This document shows, in pieces, positions 8,445 to 11,542 of a stretch of DNA of 11,542 nt. This stretch comes from Snowella sp. (GTDB lineage: Bacteria > Cyanobacteriota > Cyanobacteriia > Cyanobacteriales > Microcystaceae): the NCBI GenBank assembly GCA_035285545.1, contig JAYKGY010000096.1, positions 1-11,542 on the forward strand, read 5' to 3'. Every line of letters starts with the position of its first letter. Position 1 is the first letter of the stretch. A program made the position numbers and the translations under genes. The notes under the pieces are model-generated. The model saw only the letters and a program-made list of their open reading frames with translations. It did not search any database and had not been told where the DNA came from.

Positions 8445-11231
8445 ATGCGTTGTCTCAATTGCCACCAGGAAGACATCCCCTCGACTGCGGAATACTGTCC
8501 CCAGTGTAAAATTCATTTTCCCTCCTTATTGCGAGATGTCTTGGCGCAAGGAACCCTACTCCGCAACAAAACCTATCGGCTAGATTACGCCCTCGGACGG
8601 GGAAGCTTTGGCATTACCTATCAAGCCCATCACACTGCCCTAGATGAGGTGTTTGCCATTAAAGAATTTTATCCGATTGAATTTGCCCTCCGAAATCAAG
8701 TAAACCAGTCAGTTCTTGTTCCCAGCCATGCAGAAAGTGCCTATCAGCGCGGATTACAACGCTTTTTAAAAGAAGGGCGTATTTTAGCTCGCTTGAGCCA
8801 TCCCTATGTGGTGCGTGTCCACGATATGTTTGAAGAAAATCACACCGCCTATATGGTGATGGATTTGATCGAGGGAAGCACGCTGCGATCGGTTCTAAAA
8901 AAACAGCCTGGTCATCGCTTTCCTCTCCCGAAAGTCGAAGCCTTAATGGAGCAGCTTGTTGAGGCACTGAGCGTTATTCATCAATCAGGAATTTATCATT
9001 TAGACCTTAAACCCGAAAATATTATTCTGACTCCTGAAAACCGAATTCGCCTCATTGATTTTGGTGCAGCGCGGCAAGTCCTCGACTCACGGCGGATGGA
9101 AACGCGCTTGTTTACAGAAAATTATGCGGCTCCAGAGATTATTACAGGGGGGGACTTAGGGGCAGAAAGTGATCTGTTTGAACTCGGCATGATGCTCTAT
9201 CAACTGCTGACCGGAAAACTGCCACCACCGGCCATGAAGCGGCTATCCGAGAAAAGTGATTGGCAACCGGAAGGGCTAATTGCGCCTTGGGATAGGTTAG
9301 TGATGGAGGCTTTGCATCTTAGCCGTTTGGATAGACCTTCTAGCGTGCGGGAATGGTGGGACGATCGCAACATCCATTTGACACTGCTCAATAGCCAAGA
9401 GAAGGCTTCATTGACTGCCGATCAGCTACGGGGATATTTTCCGTTACCCGATTTATTGCAAGAAGGCATGAGGAAACGATTCGGACGGGGCATGATTAAA
9501 AAAGTGTTTGCCCTTTCCCAGGATTTAGCCGTGAGTATTGCTGCGGGAGGAGCATCCCTATTTCAGCTCACAACGGGTAAGGTTCTCTGGGAAATTGATG
9601 CGCCGATTGATTGTGGCATTCTGAGTTCGGATCATAAGTTTCTCATTTTAGTGTTTCAAACCTGGGTCTATGTTTGGGAGATGGCTACGGGTAAGCTGAT
9701 TCAACAGTTTCAAGGCCATGAGCAACCGATTCATCAGGTGGTGTGTACGGATGACCATCAATTATTTTTCTGTGGGGCTAAAAGTGAACAGGTCACTTCT
9801 TGGGATGCCTGTACGGGAGTCGCCTTAAAAACGATTTTTAAACCCGTCGGCGCGATCGCGCAATTGGCCGTCAGTGGCAGTGGGAAATATTTAGCCCTGG
9901 GCAGTTTAGACGGCTGTGTCTATCTCTGGGATGGGGAATACAATCGAGAACTCTGCGCTTTACAGGGACACGAACACGCCATTGAAAGCCTTGCCTTTAG
10001 CCCCAATGAACAAATCCTTGCCTCCGGCAGTCGGGATAATACCATTCAAATTTGGTCAATTCCTGAAGCCAAACCCCTGAAACGCTTAAAAGGCCACTTA
10101 GATTGGGTCACCAATTTAATTTTCAGTCAAGATAACCAGCTTTTGGCCTCGACGGCGGGGATTGAAGATAAATCGATTCGTCTGTGGCATCTTCAGGAAG
10201 GAACAGAAATTCAACGCTTCCAAGGTCATCATAATACTGCTAATGCCTTGGATTTTTGCCCGAATAACCGTTATTTAGTGTCAGGTGGCTATGATTATAC
10301 GATTCGCTTGTGGGATATCGTCCAAAACAAGGAAGCCGCTTGCCTCAAAGAACATCATAACTGGATCTATGGCCTAGCCTGTAGTTCCAATGGGGAATGG
10401 ATCGCCACTGCCAATAACGATCAAATCATTCATCTTTGGAGCCTCAAAGAAGGACGAGAACTGGGATTTTTAGAAGGCCATCGAGACGGCATCAGTAGCT
10501 TGGCATTCAGTGCAGATGCTCAATATTTAGTATCTGGAAGTTGGGATAAAACGGTTCGGCTTTGGGATGTTTCTTTAGGCACGATTATGCGAACGTTTAG
10601 CGGGCATACCGATTGGATTAATGGCGTTGCCATCAGCCCGAATCAAAAATATGTCGCTTCTGCGAGTTGTGATAAAACCGCTTGCATTTGGGATATGTCG
10701 GCGGGGTGGCTACCATTGCGAGGCAATAAACCCCAGCGCATTCTACAGGGACATTTAGACCAAGTAACGAGTGTAGCTTTTAGCCCGGATAGTCAACTGA
10801 TCGCGACGGGAGGAAAGGATCAAACCGTAAGGCTCTGGGAAACGGATTCCGGCCAAGAAATTCATCAATTTAGCGGTCATCAACACCATGTCACCTGTGT
10901 GGCCTTTAGTCCAGATGGGCAGTTTTTGGCATCGGGGGGCTGGGATACCCAGGTGATGATTTGGCATTTAGGATCAAAACAACACATAAAACCATCTTTT
11001 AAACATGAAGCCTATGTCAATGCGATCGCGTTTGATTTGGAAGGTCATTTCCTTGCAGTTGGGGGACGCAATGGCGTGGTATATCTCTGGGATGTGTTAT
11101 TAGGCAAGGAAGTTAAACAATTGCACGGTCACACCAATGCCATTAATGCTGTGGCTTTCCATCCTAAAACTGGAGAATTGATTTCTGCGGATCACGATGG
11201 TGTTGTTAGACTATGGAAAATTGCATCATAA
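8445..11231 (+). CDS. Hanks-type Ser/Thr protein kinase with N-terminal zinc ribbon and C-terminal WD40 repeats
   Basis: CLNC...CPQC; LGRGSFG, AIKE, HLDLKPEN, DFG and APE motifs; 12 clear GH...WD-type repeats plus 2 degenerate ones. ATG at 8445 is preferred over TTG at 8394. Confidence 0.93.
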   Translation: MRCLNCHQEDIPSTAEYCPQCKIHFPSLLRDVLAQGTLLRNKTYRLDYALGRGSFGITYQAHHTALDEVFAIKEFYPIEFALRNQVNQSVLVPSHAESAYQRGLQRFLKEGRILARLSHPYVVRVHDMFEENHTAYMVMDLIEGSTLRSVLKKQPGHRFPLPKVEALMEQLVEALSVIHQSGIYHLDLKPENIILTPENRIRLIDFGAARQVLDSRRMETRLFTENYAAPEIITGGDLGAESDLFELGMMLYQLLTGKLPPPAMKRLSEKSDWQPEGLIAPWDRLVMEALHLSRLDRPSSVREWWDDRNIHLTLLNSQEKASLTADQLRGYFPLPDLLQEGMRKRFGRGMIKKVFALSQDLAVSIAAGGASLFQLTTGKVLWEIDAPIDCGILSSDHKFLILVFQTWVYVWEMATGKLIQQFQGHEQPIHQVVCTDDHQLFFCGAKSEQVTSWDACTGVALKTIFKPVGAIAQLAVSGSGKYLALGSLDGCVYLWDGEYNRELCALQGHEHAIESLAFSPNEQILASGSRDNTIQIWSIPEAKPLKRLKGHLDWVTNLIFSQDNQLLASTAGIEDKSIRLWHLQEGTEIQRFQGHHNTANALDFCPNNRYLVSGGYDYTIRLWDIVQNKEAACLKEHHNWIYGLACSSNGEWIATANNDQIIHLWSLKEGRELGFLEGHRDGISSLAFSADAQYLVSGSWDKTVRLWDVSLGTIMRTFSGHTDWINGVAISPNQKYVASASCDKTACIWDMSAGWLPLRGNKPQRILQGHLDQVTSVAFSPDSQLIATGGKDQTVRLWETDSGQEIHQFSGHQHHVTCVAFSPDGQFLASGGWDTQVMIWHLGSKQHIKPSFKHEAYVNAIAFDLEGHFLAVGGRNGVVYLWDVLLGKEVKQLHGHTNAINAVAFHPKTGELISADHDGVVRLWKIAS

Positions 11232-11293
11232 ATTGGTATCCAAGTCCTTCATCGTAGGGAACAAACAACTCCAAATTATTGCTCGTAATTACA

Positions 11294-11422
11294 ATGAAAA
11301 GCACCCGTTATTTCCAACAATTTGCTTGTCAAAAGCACCCAGAAATAGAGGAGTTGTGGATCGAAAGAATTTTGGCAACTCCCTTAAAAAAAGAGCATCA
11401 AGCAAATGGACGCATTGCTTAG
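11294..11422 (+). pseudogene. Small toxin-like protein (RelE/DUF4258-like fold suspected), truncated by an IS insertion
   Basis: Translates MKSTRYFQQFACQKHPEIEELWIERILATPLKKEHQANGRIA*, resembling the N-terminal half of small 'MKTTRYF...W.ERVL..P...E.Q.DGRIR.WG' proteins. The stop TAG is formed at the IS junction. Confidence 0.6.
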
Positions 11423-11542
11423 AACCTATCCGAAAAATGTGAGAAGTTTGCGGCCGATGATCAAACAAGCAGCAATCTGAATAAAGCCCAAGTAGGATTG
11501 AGAAGATTTGGCCCATCGAATAAGGATGCCTCGGAAACGATT
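11422..11542 (-). mobile_element. Right (transposase 3') end of an IS5-family insertion sequence, running off the window
   Basis: Probable terminal inverted repeat starting GAACCTATCCGAAAA right after TTA (11419-11421, a TA/TWA-type target). The transposase stop codon lies inside this end. Confidence 0.75.
11426..11542 (-). CDS. IS5-family transposase, C-terminal 38 aa (partial)
   Basis: Translates NRFRGILIRWAKSSQSYLGFIQIAACLIIGRKLLTFFG*, matching the IS5-family tail pattern NRFRRLxxRWEK...YLxFxxLA. Confidence 0.82.
   Translation of the reverse strand, partial: NRFRGILIRWAKSSQSYLGFIQIAACLIIGRKLLTFFG

Larger units (their letters stand above)
1..11029. repeat. HIP1 octamers (GCGATCGC), 14 perfect copies
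   Basis: Starts at 1, 334, 1005, 1495, 3251, 3547, 3873, 4377, 5811, 7431, 7540, 7654, 9852 and 11022; a cyanobacterial genome signature. Confidence 0.92.

Noticed and set aside
3998..10967. Short antisense ORFs at 3998-4225, 6595-6798, 8659-8967, 9200-9391 and 10755-10967
   Set aside because: All lie opposite long conserved genes and show no protein-like motifs.
9700..11220. WD40 region as a DNA-level repeat array or CRISPR
   Set aside because: The repeats are evident only at protein level; there are no identical nucleotide repeats with spacers.
11197..11516. ORF-track calls 11197-11442 (+) and 11289-11516 (-)
   Set aside because: Better explained by other frames: the toxin-like fragment at 11294-11422 (+) and the IS5 transposase tail at 11426-11542 (-).

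Overview
Cyanobacterial chromosomal window, with 14 perfect HIP1 octamers (GCGATCGC). Core genes are a 5'-truncated ccsA (cytochrome c biogenesis), a convergent DUF2232-like membrane protein, a membrane-anchored GTPase/DUF697 (YcjF-like) gene, a B12-binding radical SAM gene, bioF, and a zinc-ribbon Ser/Thr kinase with about 14 WD40 repeats. Two accessory spots are not explained by the ORF track. (1) An islet of about 1.3 kb lies downstream of the GTPase gene. It holds an Rpn-family PD-(D/E)XK gene with an internal GGAG-7nt-ATG start (candidate intragenic antitoxin) and an unannotated PIN-like C-terminal remnant. It is closed by a diverged, still-open second copy of the GTPase gene's last ~52 codons, whose homology breaks inside a HIP1 site, suggesting HIP1-anchored integration with 3'-end replacement. 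(2) At the right edge, a small toxin-like ORF is cut off by the end of an IS5-family element. Family assignments come from motif recognition only; no database searches were run.
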